From positions 12,503 to 76,502 of IMG/VR virus record IMGVR_UViG_3300025706_000021: a stretch of 64,000 nt of DNA. One strand, given 5' to 3'. Below, one piece after another: positions 39,580-48,747 of the stretch. Positions within the stretch are counted from its first letter, which is position 1. Every line of letters starts with the position of its first letter. The notes below the pieces were generated by a model. The model did no database searches. It was not told where the DNA came from and saw only the letters and a list, made by a program, of their open reading frames with translations. The DNA comes from a virus. Taxonomy: Duplodnaviria; Caudoviricetes. The position numbers were made by a program, and so were the translations under genes.

Positions 39580-39834
39580 TCAGCCCCAAATGCAATCGAC
39601 GTAGCTAATCGCCAGGTGCTTGATGATCTCGTCTTTGGTCAGATCAAGACCCGCGTTCCACAGTTCGTTGAATTCCTCTTCGAACCGCACGGCATCGTCA
39701 CCCTGCAAGAAGATGTCCTCTTGCCCATCACCGCTGTGATCCTTGATACAGACGGTCGGGAAACGGTGGTCAAGTTCGACGGACACGTTGTCGAGCGACG
39801 CTGCGTTTGCCTTGATAATGTCTTCCGTTTTCAT
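39580..39834 (-). CDS. Acidic hypothetical protein
   Basis: SD AGGGA; early promoter and operator upstream. Confidence 0.7.
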   Translation of the reverse strand: MKTEDIIKANAASLDNVSVELDHRFPTVCIKDHSGDGQEDIFLQGDDAVRFEEEFNELWNAGLDLTKDEIIKHLAISYVDCIWG

Positions 39835-39887
39835 GGTCTTCCCTGTTTCGTTTCAATGATGCTATTGTCACCCGTGACTGATGGCGC

Positions 39888-40505
39888 TTACCAATAGCGA
39901 TTGGCAACTAGCTTGCGATGAATTCCCATATTGGCAATCGGGTCGGTGATGACTAGCGTTCCATCTTTGCGCTGCATGAAATTACCCATGTGCATATCGA
40001 GCGTGCCATGTGAGAAGTAACTGGCAAAATCTCGCAGCGCGCTGAGCGCACGACGCACGGATCGCGCAACACCAGGAACTTTCAACTCACACAAGACATC
40101 GTAACAATTTGCACGACTGCCACCCGCTATGAGCGATGCGCGATACGAGGCATTTCCAGTAGCGCGTGCAATCTTTCTTGCATCGCTACCTGCCGCAAGC
40201 GGCTCAAGGCGCTCGACCTCGAACATATAGATCGGGAATGCACTGCCGCCGCGTTTGATTTCGCCGATCACGCCGAAATTCTGATACAGCTTCGGGAAAT
40301 GCTTACCGGACAGCCCGACGCAACGGTCGTTTAGCATCCAGTAGCCGATGTCATCGACGGTAACTTTCAAAACACGGCCTGGCTTTGTGCCTTCGTAGAT
40401 GGCGGAGAACAGACCGCGCCCAATTGGCTTCTTGCCCGCGAGTTCTGGCCGAGATTCGATTGCCTGCTTAACTGACCAGTCATTTAACCGAAGTGCCTTT
40501 CGCAT
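39888..40505 (-). CDS. Protein-kinase-like fold protein
   Basis: IGRGLFSAIY Gly-loop, VLKV Lys, LDMHMGNFM catalytic loop, VITDP metal-binding motif. Confidence 0.7.
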   Translation of the reverse strand: MRKALRLNDWSVKQAIESRPELAGKKPIGRGLFSAIYEGTKPGRVLKVTVDDIGYWMLNDRCVGLSGKHFPKLYQNFGVIGEIKRGGSAFPIYMFEVERLEPLAAGSDARKIARATGNASYRASLIAGGSRANCYDVLCELKVPGVARSVRRALSALRDFASYFSHGTLDMHMGNFMQRKDGTLVITDPIANMGIHRKLVANRYW

Positions 40506-40616
40506 ATTTCCCTCCCGTCTGCTTGTCGATAACGTATTGTCACCCGTGACTGATGGCTAACCGACCAGCAATAAAGCGCGAATTGTGCCTCATGCCGGTC
40601 GGTCAGTCAATGGTGA

Positions 40617-40922
40617 CTAATCACCATAGACGCGATGCAAGAGTGTTGCGGCAACGCGCCAGGTGCGATTGGAATCCGCACCGCTTTTCAGCAATTCCAC
40701 GCAGCTACAGGTCTTTTGATTGAGCTTGGTGATCCGCGCCGTGACCGTCGTGCCTCCGAACTTATTGGAGTGAAATTCAACCTTGTCGCCTACCTTGAAC
40801 CCGGTCAGAACGCTCTGCATCCGAAACGTCTGCCGCTGACGCAACACAGCGATGATCCCGGAATTCAACTCACGCAGTTGTTCATCGGACATCTTGTTGA
40901 GCGCTTCGTAATTCACAGCCAT
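40617..40922 (-). CDS. SH3/KOW-like small protein
   Basis: FKVGDKVEF...ITKLNQKT...WRVAATLL. Confidence 0.6.
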   Translation of the reverse strand: MAVNYEALNKMSDEQLRELNSGIIAVLRQRQTFRMQSVLTGFKVGDKVEFHSNKFGGTTVTARITKLNQKTCSCVELLKSGADSNRTWRVAATLLHRVYGD

Positions 40923-40969
40923 GTCATTCTCCAGATAACGCGGGGCACCGTGCCCCGCCCATGAGTGAA

Positions 40970-41422
40970 TTATCGCTGACGCCCCAAGGCTGCGGGATAG
41001 GGCGCAAACGTGTAGAGATCCGGGTAATAGCGCCCGTCGCTCTTAAACGCTTGGCTAATGCGGAAGATTTCTCCCCTGTAGAAGATGAAAACGTACAGCG
41101 TTTCGCCCACGTAGCCCCCGTAGGCGTTCTTGGCATTGATTGAGGCATTGGTTGCGTACCCGTAGTGGTAGTTGCCCAAGTTGTCGCTCATCCAGTGCTT
41201 CTGTGGATCGCGTGTGTCCGTGCGTAGAATCGCCGAACCAGGATCAAGCAGCGTGCGTTTGAAGTAGGCTATGATTTTTTGCTGCGCCTCTGCCTGGGTG
41301 ATCTGTGGGCCATAATCTGCGGTTGCGAGTTGCTGTTCCGTTGGTCTCCCCATACCCGCGCAGCCCGCGAGCGCCAACACAATTCCAATGACAAAAGCCA
41401 GTGACAGTTTTTTCATACGCAC
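40970..41422 (-). CDS. Lipoprotein
   Basis: Lipobox LAGC; INAKNAYGGYVG. Confidence 0.8.
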   Translation of the reverse strand: MRMKKLSLAFVIGIVLALAGCAGMGRPTEQQLATADYGPQITQAEAQQKIIAYFKRTLLDPGSAILRTDTRDPQKHWMSDNLGNYHYGYATNASINAKNAYGGYVGETLYVFIFYRGEIFRISQAFKSDGRYYPDLYTFAPYPAALGRQR

Positions 41423-41435
41423 CTCCTAACGAAAG

Positions 41436-41460
41436 AAAAAAAGCCCGCATTATGCGGGCT
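41436..41460 (-). terminator. Intrinsic terminator
   Basis: AGCCCGCAT-T-ATGCGGGCT with a T7 tract on the minus strand. Confidence 0.7.
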
Positions 41461-41494
41461 AGGATACAAACTCCTGCTTCCTTAAATCAAGGGC

Positions 41495-42340
41495 TTAGAT
41501 CGACAACAGTGCGTTGATTTTCGCCAGGTACAGGCTGTTCGGGTTCGCGACGTATTCCTGCTTCTCGCCCGCCACGATCATCTTGAGCGCCTTCATTGCC
41601 CCGACCGTATTGTTGCCCATCGCGTTCGCCGACGATTTCGCATACTTCTTTACCAGCGCCAGGTGCAGGTTGCCGTGTTCGCCCGTGACGATCTTGCCAT
41701 CGGTCTTGAGCAGCTTGAGCGCAGTCGCGGCGATGTCATTCAGCTTCGCCGACTTGCCCGCAGCGTACTCCATCAGGAACACGATGCGATTCTGCACCTT
41801 GACGCCCGATTCCTTGAGCGTGGTCATCGTTTCAACCTGCTTCGCAGCGAGGGCATCGCCTTCGAGTGCGGCATCGGCCAGTTCGAGAACCGTGTATTCA
41901 CCCAGCGAGGCACCGAACTTGTCGGTCACGCGCTCGGTCTTCGAGGAATAATGCTTGCGGGGCGTCGCAGCTTTCTTTTCCTTCGGTTCTTTCTTCTCGG
42001 CGGCAGGCTTGTCCGCGCACTTCTTGCCGCCCTTGCCCTTACCTTTGCCCTTGCCCTTCGCTGCCTCGGGCTTCGCAGGTTCGTCGGAAAGCAGCGCTTC
42101 GGGGTTCTTCATCGGATCGATCAGCGCTTCTTCGGCAAGAAGGCGCTCGGCGTTCGCTTCGTGTTCGTAAGCTGCCGAGATCGCTTCGCTGGTTTCAGCG
42201 CCCCGCACTGCGGCTTCGAGTTCAACTTCGCCAATTTCGGCAACTTCGACCTTCTTCACCTCGGGTTCGTCCAGGTCAAGGGCAGACAGCAGGGCGTCCA
42301 GGTCAGAGGTCTTTTCGGTAACGGCTACGGATGTCGTCAT
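41495..42340 (-). CDS. Hypothetical protein with acidic N-terminus and Lys-rich linker (possibly DNA-binding)
   Basis: SD AAGGAG before MTTSVAV; KGKGKGKGKGGKK linker. Confidence 0.75.
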   Translation of the reverse strand: MTTSVAVTEKTSDLDALLSALDLDEPEVKKVEVAEIGEVELEAAVRGAETSEAISAAYEHEANAERLLAEEALIDPMKNPEALLSDEPAKPEAAKGKGKGKGKGGKKCADKPAAEKKEPKEKKAATPRKHYSSKTERVTDKFGASLGEYTVLELADAALEGDALAAKQVETMTTLKESGVKVQNRIVFLMEYAAGKSAKLNDIAATALKLLKTDGKIVTGEHGNLHLALVKKYAKSSANAMGNNTVGAMKALKMIVAGEKQEYVANPNSLYLAKINALLSI

Positions 42341-42692
42341 GGTATTTCTCCTTAAAAAATTTGGGTTCGTGCTACAGGTTCGATATTGGGCGCTAGGGTT
42401 TGGATCATCTACCGCCCCTTCATCACTTGCTGCTGCGATGTTTGAATGATGAACCGCCCTGATTGGCACAGAAACACCCTGAAATCACGCGCTATTATTC
42501 CTGACGCGCGGGCGCGCGTATCTGATCTGACGTGGCTGACAAAGCGTAGTGTTTCATCCGCGATAGACAAGATCCTTTGTCTTCAATATTCCTGCAAATG
42601 CGAGACACAAAAGCAGGCGATGGGCCTATATGGCACCATCGCCGTACTTGCGAAACCACAGGAACCGTCCGTATATGGCTCGGTAGCCGTAC

Positions 42693-43124
42693 CTACCAAG
42701 TGCCGAATTCACCCGCAGCAAAGGTATGTTCTGCAACCACGGGAATATCTGGATCGGGTGGCGTGAAGATGTTGCCGACCTCTTTCAGCTTCCCGGTCTC
42801 GGGATCAAAAACGCACTCTGTCCATTTCGCGAGAAACTTCTCGAAGTACGCCGTTGCCTGCGGCTCGGTTCTGAACTCAGCGCTGTCAAGATCCTCAACA
42901 AGACCAAGCTCGGTAATGTTCCAGATTTCCACCTTGAAGTTCATCTGATGCTCTATCGGAACAACCTCGACGCGGTGAATTACGCCGATTCTGATAAGAG
43001 ACATGGAAATCTTTTCGTTCTGAAATTTGCGCAGAACGTATGGGTTTGGACTTTGTGCTGCTAGTTCGTGGTATTCGCTAGGCGATATGCGAATGCCAGT
43101 TGGTGAGACGTATTTGCTTGACAT
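42693..43124 (-). CDS. Hypothetical protein ending EFGTW
   Basis: SD GAGGGG before MSSKYV. Confidence 0.7.
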   Translation of the reverse strand: MSSKYVSPTGIRISPSEYHELAAQSPNPYVLRKFQNEKISMSLIRIGVIHRVEVVPIEHQMNFKVEIWNITELGLVEDLDSAEFRTEPQATAYFEKFLAKWTECVFDPETGKLKEVGNIFTPPDPDIPVVAEHTFAAGEFGTW

Positions 43125-43236
43125 GGTTTGCCCCTCAGTCACAGATGAATCAAGTATGCGACCAAAAAAGAGGCACATCGCTGCGCCTCAAAAAAAACAA
43201 ACCACTCTTCATAGGGTAAAGAGTGGCGCGATTGTA

Positions 43237-43452
43237 TCAGAGTGTCTGTGCCTGGATGCCTTCGACCTTCGGTGCCTGATCTGAACAAACCCTACAGATG
43301 ATCCTTCGCTTGTAGCCTGTAAACGTATTGCCACATGCGTGGCAGGTGTTCATGTAGTTGCCATTATCGTGCGGGAAATCACCAGGCCAATCGCGCGCCT
43401 CTGCCTCGTATTGGAAGACTGTCGTGTTTTCTTCGGCGGTCATGGCTTCCAC
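43237..43452 (-). CDS. Small zinc-finger protein
   Basis: CHAC...CRVC, DNGNY. Confidence 0.65.
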   Translation of the reverse strand: MEAMTAEENTTVFQYEAEARDWPGDFPHDNGNYMNTCHACGNTFTGYKRRIICRVCSDQAPKVEGIQAQTL

Positions 43453-43742
43453 TTCCCGCTGCGGAGTTGTTCAATAAGGTGCAATATCCAGCAGTACATG
43501 GTGTAGGGCTTCTCCGGGTTCATCGCCTTCTCCAGCAGCCCTGCGCCCCACTCCTTGAGCGCGGTGTCGTCGTGGGGGAGTGCGAGTGCCCTACAACACT
43601 TTGAGTAATAACTCAGTTCGTGATTGACAACACTGGTCACAGCCTCCCGCAGCTTCGCGCTCTTAAGTTGCTCGGCGGCGAGTTGCGCTTTGGGTTCAGC
43701 AATAGCCGCGCCTGCAACTCTGTGGTCATGTGGGTTGGTCAT
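43440..43742 (-). CDS. Hypothetical protein
   Basis: Overlap-coupled ORF. Confidence 0.55.
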   Translation of the reverse strand: MTNPHDHRVAGAAIAEPKAQLAAEQLKSAKLREAVTSVVNHELSYYSKCCRALALPHDDTALKEWGAGLLEKAMNPEKPYTMYCWILHLIEQLRSGKWKP

Positions 43743-43989
43743 TCTCAGTCCCCTGTGGTTGCTGTCTGCGTTTCTTCAATAGATCGGCCACCCAATCTTC
43801 AACAATTGGAAGATGAATCATCCCGACCTGGAACGACGTTCCGCACCTTTCGCACTCGGTATGCAGGGAGCAGTGCACGCGATCTATGCCGTCGACCGCT
43901 CCTGTTCGCACATGGAGGTACTTTGATCCTTCGTAGGCGTTGTAGCCTGTTCCGACTTTATGGCCAAACAATTTGCACAATATGCTCAT
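43726..43989 (-). CDS. Hypothetical protein
   Basis: ILCKLFGHK...CERC pattern common in phage proteins. Confidence 0.65.
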   Translation of the reverse strand: MSILCKLFGHKVGTGYNAYEGSKYLHVRTGAVDGIDRVHCSLHTECERCGTSFQVGMIHLPIVEDWVADLLKKRRQQPQGTENDQPT

Positions 43990-44498
43990 TCAGTCCTCCG
44001 TGGTGCGTGGGTTTTAATTACGCGCACACCTTTGCTCGTGGTCACTACTGCTAAGTATGTGGTATTACCATCGCACAGGATCAGCCCCTTGAGTAGCTTG
44101 CTGTCGTCGATGGCGGCGAGGGCTGCTCTTGCTACTTCGCCGTTGTCTATGTCCTGATACCCATGCTCGTACACATTGGTTAGAACACTATCCGTATAGC
44201 TATTGAGCGCATCCTTCGCCAGCAGGAGCATCTTCTGTGCTTCAAGCATCCCGGCATTACGGTTGAAGACTTCACCACGTAGTCTAAGTATTTCAGCATC
44301 GCGCTCGGCAAGCCGCGCTTCGAGTTTAGCCACTTGTTCCTGTAGCTCTGCGTTGAACTGCATTCGGCGATACTTCATGGGAACCGTTTTCAGCCGCGAT
44401 ACCTCGGCTTCGAGTTCGGCGACTCTGGCGCGCAGTACTTCATTTTCTGCCTCCAGTGGCTCTAGGTATCCAATTGATGTAATTTGACCGTGTGCCAT
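43986..44498 (-). CDS. Coiled-coil hypothetical protein
   Basis: Heptad-rich; coupled ORFs. Confidence 0.65.
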   Translation of the reverse strand: MAHGQITSIGYLEPLEAENEVLRARVAELEAEVSRLKTVPMKYRRMQFNAELQEQVAKLEARLAERDAEILRLRGEVFNRNAGMLEAQKMLLLAKDALNSYTDSVLTNVYEHGYQDIDNGEVARAALAAIDDSKLLKGLILCDGNTTYLAVVTTSKGVRVIKTHAPRRTE

Positions 44499-44499
44499 A

Positions 44500-44871
44500 C
44501 TATTTCACCTCCAGTTTGGGAACCCACTCCCAGGACTCGCGGGCAGCGGCGAGATACAGCGCATGCTTAACGCAATCATCCACCGCCATGTTGTGAATGC
44601 TTCTCTCGACAGAGGCCACTGATTCTTGACGGCGCATGTTCGGCAGACAGTTGGCGGCGAACTCATGCAGCAGCGCCGCATCCCGCTTCTGGTCGCGCTT
44701 GGCGAGGTCGGCGTTCATTTCTGTTTTTACATACTCAGCAACCAATTTAAGCTCTTCGTTCTTCGCCTCAATCGCCGCGAGCAGTTCGATGTTCTGCTGT
44801 TCAAGTTTCGAGATACGTTCTTCCATCCGGATCATTTGACTGGATTGTGGCGTAGCTTGCGATCTGGTCAT
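44500..44871 (-). CDS. Hypothetical protein
   Basis: ATGA-coupled to the exonuclease. Confidence 0.6.
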   Translation of the reverse strand: MTRSQATPQSSQMIRMEERISKLEQQNIELLAAIEAKNEELKLVAEYVKTEMNADLAKRDQKRDAALLHEFAANCLPNMRRQESVASVERSIHNMAVDDCVKHALYLAAARESWEWVPKLEVK

Positions 44872-45428
44872 TTCGTCTCCTTCATTAGTTCGCCTACATT
44901 GAAGAAACCCTTTCGCTTACCAACGAAGAATGCACGCATCATCACGGATACGTCATAGTCAGCAGCGTGAGCCTTCTCGGTGTCGTACTCGACCCCACAG
45001 GCAAAGCATAGTTCGCGCAGGTTGGGTAGCTTGCCAAGCGGTGTCGCCCATCGTCCTTGAAGCATGGTGTCGAACACCTTGACGTTGGGAACTGGCGCAC
45101 CAATACGCATTAGTTCGTGCGCAACGAAGGGCAAATCAAAACCCTCCCCATTGTGGGCGACGATTAGGTCGCACTTTCGCATTAGCGCGGATACCTTCGG
45201 CCCAACGGTTTCCCACAGGGGGCACCCAGCGACATCATCGAAGCTGATTCCATGCACTGCCTGTGCGCCAGGGTCAATGCTGCGCTGGGGATTGATGCGC
45301 TGCGTGAATTTGCCAAGCAGAAGCTCACTGTCGAGGTCGAACAGACTTGCCGCGACTTCGATAATTCGATGACCCTTCTCGTAGTCTAGGCCGGTTGTTT
45401 CTATATCCAGACCCGCAATTAAGGGCAT
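44868..45428 (-). CDS. DEDDh 3'-5' exonuclease (DnaQ/epsilon-like)
   Basis: LDIETTG, AHNGEGFD, HAADYD. Confidence 0.92.
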   Translation of the reverse strand: MPLIAGLDIETTGLDYEKGHRIIEVAASLFDLDSELLLGKFTQRINPQRSIDPGAQAVHGISFDDVAGCPLWETVGPKVSALMRKCDLIVAHNGEGFDLPFVAHELMRIGAPVPNVKVFDTMLQGRWATPLGKLPNLRELCFACGVEYDTEKAHAADYDVSVMMRAFFVGKRKGFFNVGELMKETK

Positions 45429-46054
45429 GCTCTCTTCTCCAGTGATTTTCCGGGTTCAACGGGAAGTGTCACCGCGAGATCATGATCCCATCCAAGATCG
45501 ATACGACGCTGAAACGTTCCTCTTTTTACTTTCATTTCAATCTCCCAATCACGTACCGTTTTTGTTACACCGTCTATTGTTACAAGTACGTTTCGGCTGG
45601 TATTTCTTGACTGGTCAAACCTTGTTTTCCACTCGCAATTTCCAGGCTCGTAGTTTCCATCGTTCTGCTTTCTGTCGATTGTCGAGCCGACTGGGCGCTC
45701 ACCCATATCTTCGAGAAATGCCTCAAAAGACCCCATCCAGCGCTCGCACACGGAGATACCCCTGCCGCCATAGTTTGCATACCCGACATGGTTTGGGTTA
45801 TTGCAGCGTTGGATCATGCCTGCCCACATCTGATACATCGGGTGCTTCGCGAGTCCATGCTTTGTGTTGCGTCTTTTCAGCAGATCAGATGCAAGACATC
45901 CGCATGACTTTGTGTTTCCAAATCGAACAAGCGCAGCTTTTCTGACAACTTCGGAGCCGCAATCACACCTAAATAGCCACATCCCAGCGCCTCGACTCTC
46001 AATCGCCGTTAGTCGAAAATATTTTTCGCCAGTAATCTCAAGCGCCTTGGGCAT
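45419..46054 (-). mobile_element. HNH homing endonuclease
   Basis: CDCG...SCGC, YGGRGI, TIDRKQNDGNYEPGNC. Confidence 0.92.
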
Positions 46055-46107
46055 ATTGACCTCGATATTTTGTAGATGCCATATAATACTAAGTCAGTTG
46101 TGACTTG

Positions 46108-46311
46108 TCAAGACCACAGGCGATCATTATGTTCCTCGATTTTTGTGATTAGGCCGAACGCGCGGTGATAGCAAGAAGAGCGTTCATCGTAGATGAATTC
46201 CTTCACAGTAAGAGTGAAGTCGCCCATCCACTTACCCCTGACCCATCCGCAATCTTTGTGGCAGATCCACAGACCACCCTTGAGCCATCGGTAAAGCCAA
46301 AACTTACGCAT
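46108..46311 (-). CDS. Hypothetical protein
   Basis: Coupled small ORF. Confidence 0.5.
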   Translation of the reverse strand: MRKFWLYRWLKGGLWICHKDCGWVRGKWMGDFTLTVKEFIYDERSSCYHRAFGLITKIEEHNDRLWS

Positions 46312-46489
46312 TTCGGATCATCGCGACAGTGACAGCCAGCAAGCAAAACACCGTTCCCACGGATAACGCGATTACGAAAATGGTTTCTATGGAGTCCAGA
46401 ATGACCCTCTTCGTTGTTTTGCTGACTCGCATGAATTTGAACCAGAGATACGGCATCGAGCAGCACAGAAACAAGATGATCCAGGTCAT
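46304..46489 (-). CDS. Small membrane protein
   Basis: Two hydrophobic segments. Confidence 0.55.
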   Translation of the reverse strand: MTWIILFLCCSMPYLWFKFMRVSKTTKRVILDSIETIFVIALSVGTVFCLLAVTVAMIRNA

Positions 46490-46668
46490 TTGCTTTCCTC
46501 GGTTGTTTCGAGCGCCATCAGCAAGTTTTCATCTTGCGTCTGATGCGCGTCGCAGGAAGGGCGACATTCCCAAAGCCCAGGAACGCCCTTCTCATTCACG
46601 CGGGTAAGGTAGCCACCAATTTCTTGCGCACCCTTCCCGCAGAGTCTACAGACGGTTATGTCGCTCAT
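46486..46668 (-). CDS. Small zinc-finger protein
   Basis: CRLC...RVNEKG..WECRPSC. Confidence 0.65.
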   Translation of the reverse strand: MSDITVCRLCGKGAQEIGGYLTRVNEKGVPGLWECRPSCDAHQTQDENLLMALETTEESK

Positions 46669-46853
46669 GTCTTGCTTCCGAAAACCTGCTTTTGACGCTC
46701 GTCCGCAATCTCTTTCGTGAAATCACGGGCGAACTCGGTCGGGGCGACGATGGTTTGGAACGCACCGCGAATCGCTCGCTTCATTCGCCAGTACAGGGTC
46801 ATCGGGAACAGCGTGCGCTTCATATCGAGAAGCGCCTTTTCGAAGATATTCAT
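46665..46853 (-). CDS. Hypothetical protein
   Basis: SD GAGGT. Confidence 0.6.
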   Translation of the reverse strand: MNIFEKALLDMKRTLFPMTLYWRMKRAIRGAFQTIVAPTEFARDFTKEIADERQKQVFGSKT

Positions 46854-46917
46854 TGATTACCTCGGAGTGTGAATAACAGGAAGGGCACGGCCAACACTCG
46901 GGCGTGCCCGTGCTGGA

Positions 46918-47304
46918 TTAGCTCAGCTTGGCGTTCGGCAGAACATTCCCGAGAGCGTTCACGAAGACGCGATTAACGTCACGCGAAACGGTATCGCGAA
47001 TGGCTTCGAGCAGCAGATCAGCACTGACGCCCTTCATTGCCGCGATCCCAAGGGCGGCGACAACGACGCCAGCGGTTTCTTCGGCGACCTCAAGGGTGTC
47101 ACCGTTTTGAACGACGGATGCCGACAGGTCGCCGACAGCAGTCACCAGCTTGGGAACGGTCGAACCTGGCGTTGCTTTTTCGATGCTCGCCAGCTTGCCG
47201 GAAACCGTCAGCAGGTCAGCAAAGGTACTGATCGGATCGACGGTCACGTTCGTATTTGCAGAGATACGGATCTTCGGTGCGTGTTGCGTGGGAATGGTAA
47301 ACAT
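46918..47304 (-). CDS. Hypothetical protein
   Basis: SD AAGGAG; hairpin after the stop. Confidence 0.75.
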   Translation of the reverse strand: MFTIPTQHAPKIRISANTNVTVDPISTFADLLTVSGKLASIEKATPGSTVPKLVTAVGDLSASVVQNGDTLEVAEETAGVVVAALGIAAMKGVSADLLLEAIRDTVSRDVNRVFVNALGNVLPNAKLS

Positions 47305-47361
47305 GATTCTCCTTCGTTGGTTAGTTGGTACTGCTATTGAAACCCGGTTGCGTTGGAATGG

Positions 47362-47661
47362 TTACAGCGGCTTGAGTATTACAACGGGCTTGCGCGCCTT
47401 GCCGCGACCGCGCTTCACCTTGCTGTTCGCGAGAATGTTGCGAATAACATCGGCGTTGTCGGCGATGAACTTGCCAATATCGGCGTCGTCGAGAACCAGC
47501 CCACTCGATCCCGCATCTTCATTGACGAAGAAGACGCTCATGTCCAGTTCTACCTCCTTGAACGCCTGTTCGATTTTCAGGTTTTCTTCGTGCTTGGCGA
47601 AAAGCTCGAAAGATTCGTGAAGCGTACCGTCACTGGCCTTGTGCATTTGAACGATTGCCAT
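47362..47661 (-). CDS. Hypothetical protein
   Basis: SD GGAG; basic C-terminus. Confidence 0.7.
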   Translation of the reverse strand: MAIVQMHKASDGTLHESFELFAKHEENLKIEQAFKEVELDMSVFFVNEDAGSSGLVLDDADIGKFIADNADVIRNILANSKVKRGRGKARKPVVILKPL

Positions 47662-47690
47662 TTGTTTCTCCCGTATGGTTGTTGGTTCTG

Positions 47691-48360
47691 TTATTGAAAC
47701 TCGGTTGCGTCGGCGTTCTTACGCAGCAGGTAAGCGTCCGAAACGCTCTTCGCGATCTTTCTGCCGAAGTGCGGGTGGCGCTCATTGAAAGCGTTCTTGA
47801 CAACCACCCCTCGCGGATATGTGCCTTGCCGCTCTTCGGCGTCAGCGTGGTCGTTCCGTTGGTGTGGAACATCACATGCTTCTTGTCGTATGGGCCGCGA
47901 TACAGCACTGGTACGGTCTTGACACCCAAGCGAGAGCAAGTCTCGGCAAAGACATCCCAAGTGGAATGATACCGAGGAACCCAGCAACACCATCGCCCTC
48001 CGCTACTGGTTCGGCCTCTTCCTGCTCCACGTTCTCGACAGCCCACATGCCATCTTCGCAGACCAGCGGATAAACCAAGCCCTGACTGACCACCCCACGC
48101 AGCTTGATCGCCTTGACGCGGTTGCCAGCAGCACCAGCAAGGCCGCCCTTCTGGCGTTCCTCGTCGTACATGCCCATTTCGCGCAGCATCCATTCGGGAA
48201 CAATCGCCTGCTCGGGAATGTAGACAGCGAGATCGCCGTCCTTGAACTGCCCCTTGCGAACGATTGATTGATAATCGCCGACACGGGCAATTTCGATTGC
48301 ATCGGCGTTCGGGTGCGGCTCGATTTTTACTCGAACAACTTCACATGAAAATTCGCTCAT
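47691..48360 (-). pseudogene. Disrupted RNA ligase (Rnl2/DRB0094-like): internal deletion plus frameshift
   Basis: N-terminus IEPHPNADAIEIARV...KLRGVVSQGL...GFLGI joins out of frame near 47960 to WDVF...VPVLYRGPY...HIREG; a further shift near 47807 gives VVVK...KSVSDAYLLRK. The central adenylation motif is absent. Confidence 0.8.
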
Positions 48361-48402
48361 ATTCTTCCTCCGGTTAGTCACAACTGAATAAATTTTACCG
48401 TC

Positions 48403-48572
48403 TCAGAGTAGGCGCGCACTGTCGCCTCGTGTTAGTTTCTCCGTTACCGGCTCCCTTATGAGCATCCCGCCGGGCCGAGGTCTTCGCAAAGACCGGCATC
48501 ACGTACCCCTTTAGGGAGCATGTGACCGACCCCGCACGGGCCTCGCCAGACAGAGCCTCATAAGCTCTCTGA
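48403..48572 (-). ncRNA. Candidate structured RNA downstream of the tRNA array
   Basis: Nested stems TCAGAG/CTCTGA and CTTATGAG/CTCATAAG, with internal hairpins including CCG-GTAA-CGG and GGTCTT-TGCG-AAGACC. Confidence 0.45.
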
Positions 48573-48577
48573 AACTT

Positions 48578-48653
48578 TGGAGCGGGTAGTCGGCTTCGAA
48601 CCGACGACCTTTGGTTTGGAAAACCCCTGCTCTACCAACTGAGCTATACCCGC
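48578..48653 (-). tRNA. tRNA-Gly(TCC), anticodon stem with two mismatches
   Basis: GCGGGTA acceptor, U73, encoded CCA, loop TTTCCAA. Confidence 0.85.
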
Positions 48654-48666
48654 TTACTGCAAATTC

Positions 48667-48743
48667 TGGTCTGTCCGGTAGGATTTGAACCTACGACCCT
48701 CCGCTCCCAAAGCGGATGCTCTACCAGGCTGAGCTACGAACAG
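48667..48743 (-). tRNA. tRNA-Pro(TGG)
   Basis: C1-G72, A73, CCA; TCCGC-TTTGGGA-GCGGA. Confidence 0.95.
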
Positions 48744-48747
48744 ATTG

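Noticed and set aside
48403-48572. Hammerhead, twister or theta/HDV ribozyme assignment for the structured RNA
   Set aside because: CTTATGAG is not the required CUGAnGA core and is itself paired; the GCCGGTC segment lacks the twister L4; the element does not start directly at the tRNA 3' end. Left unassigned.
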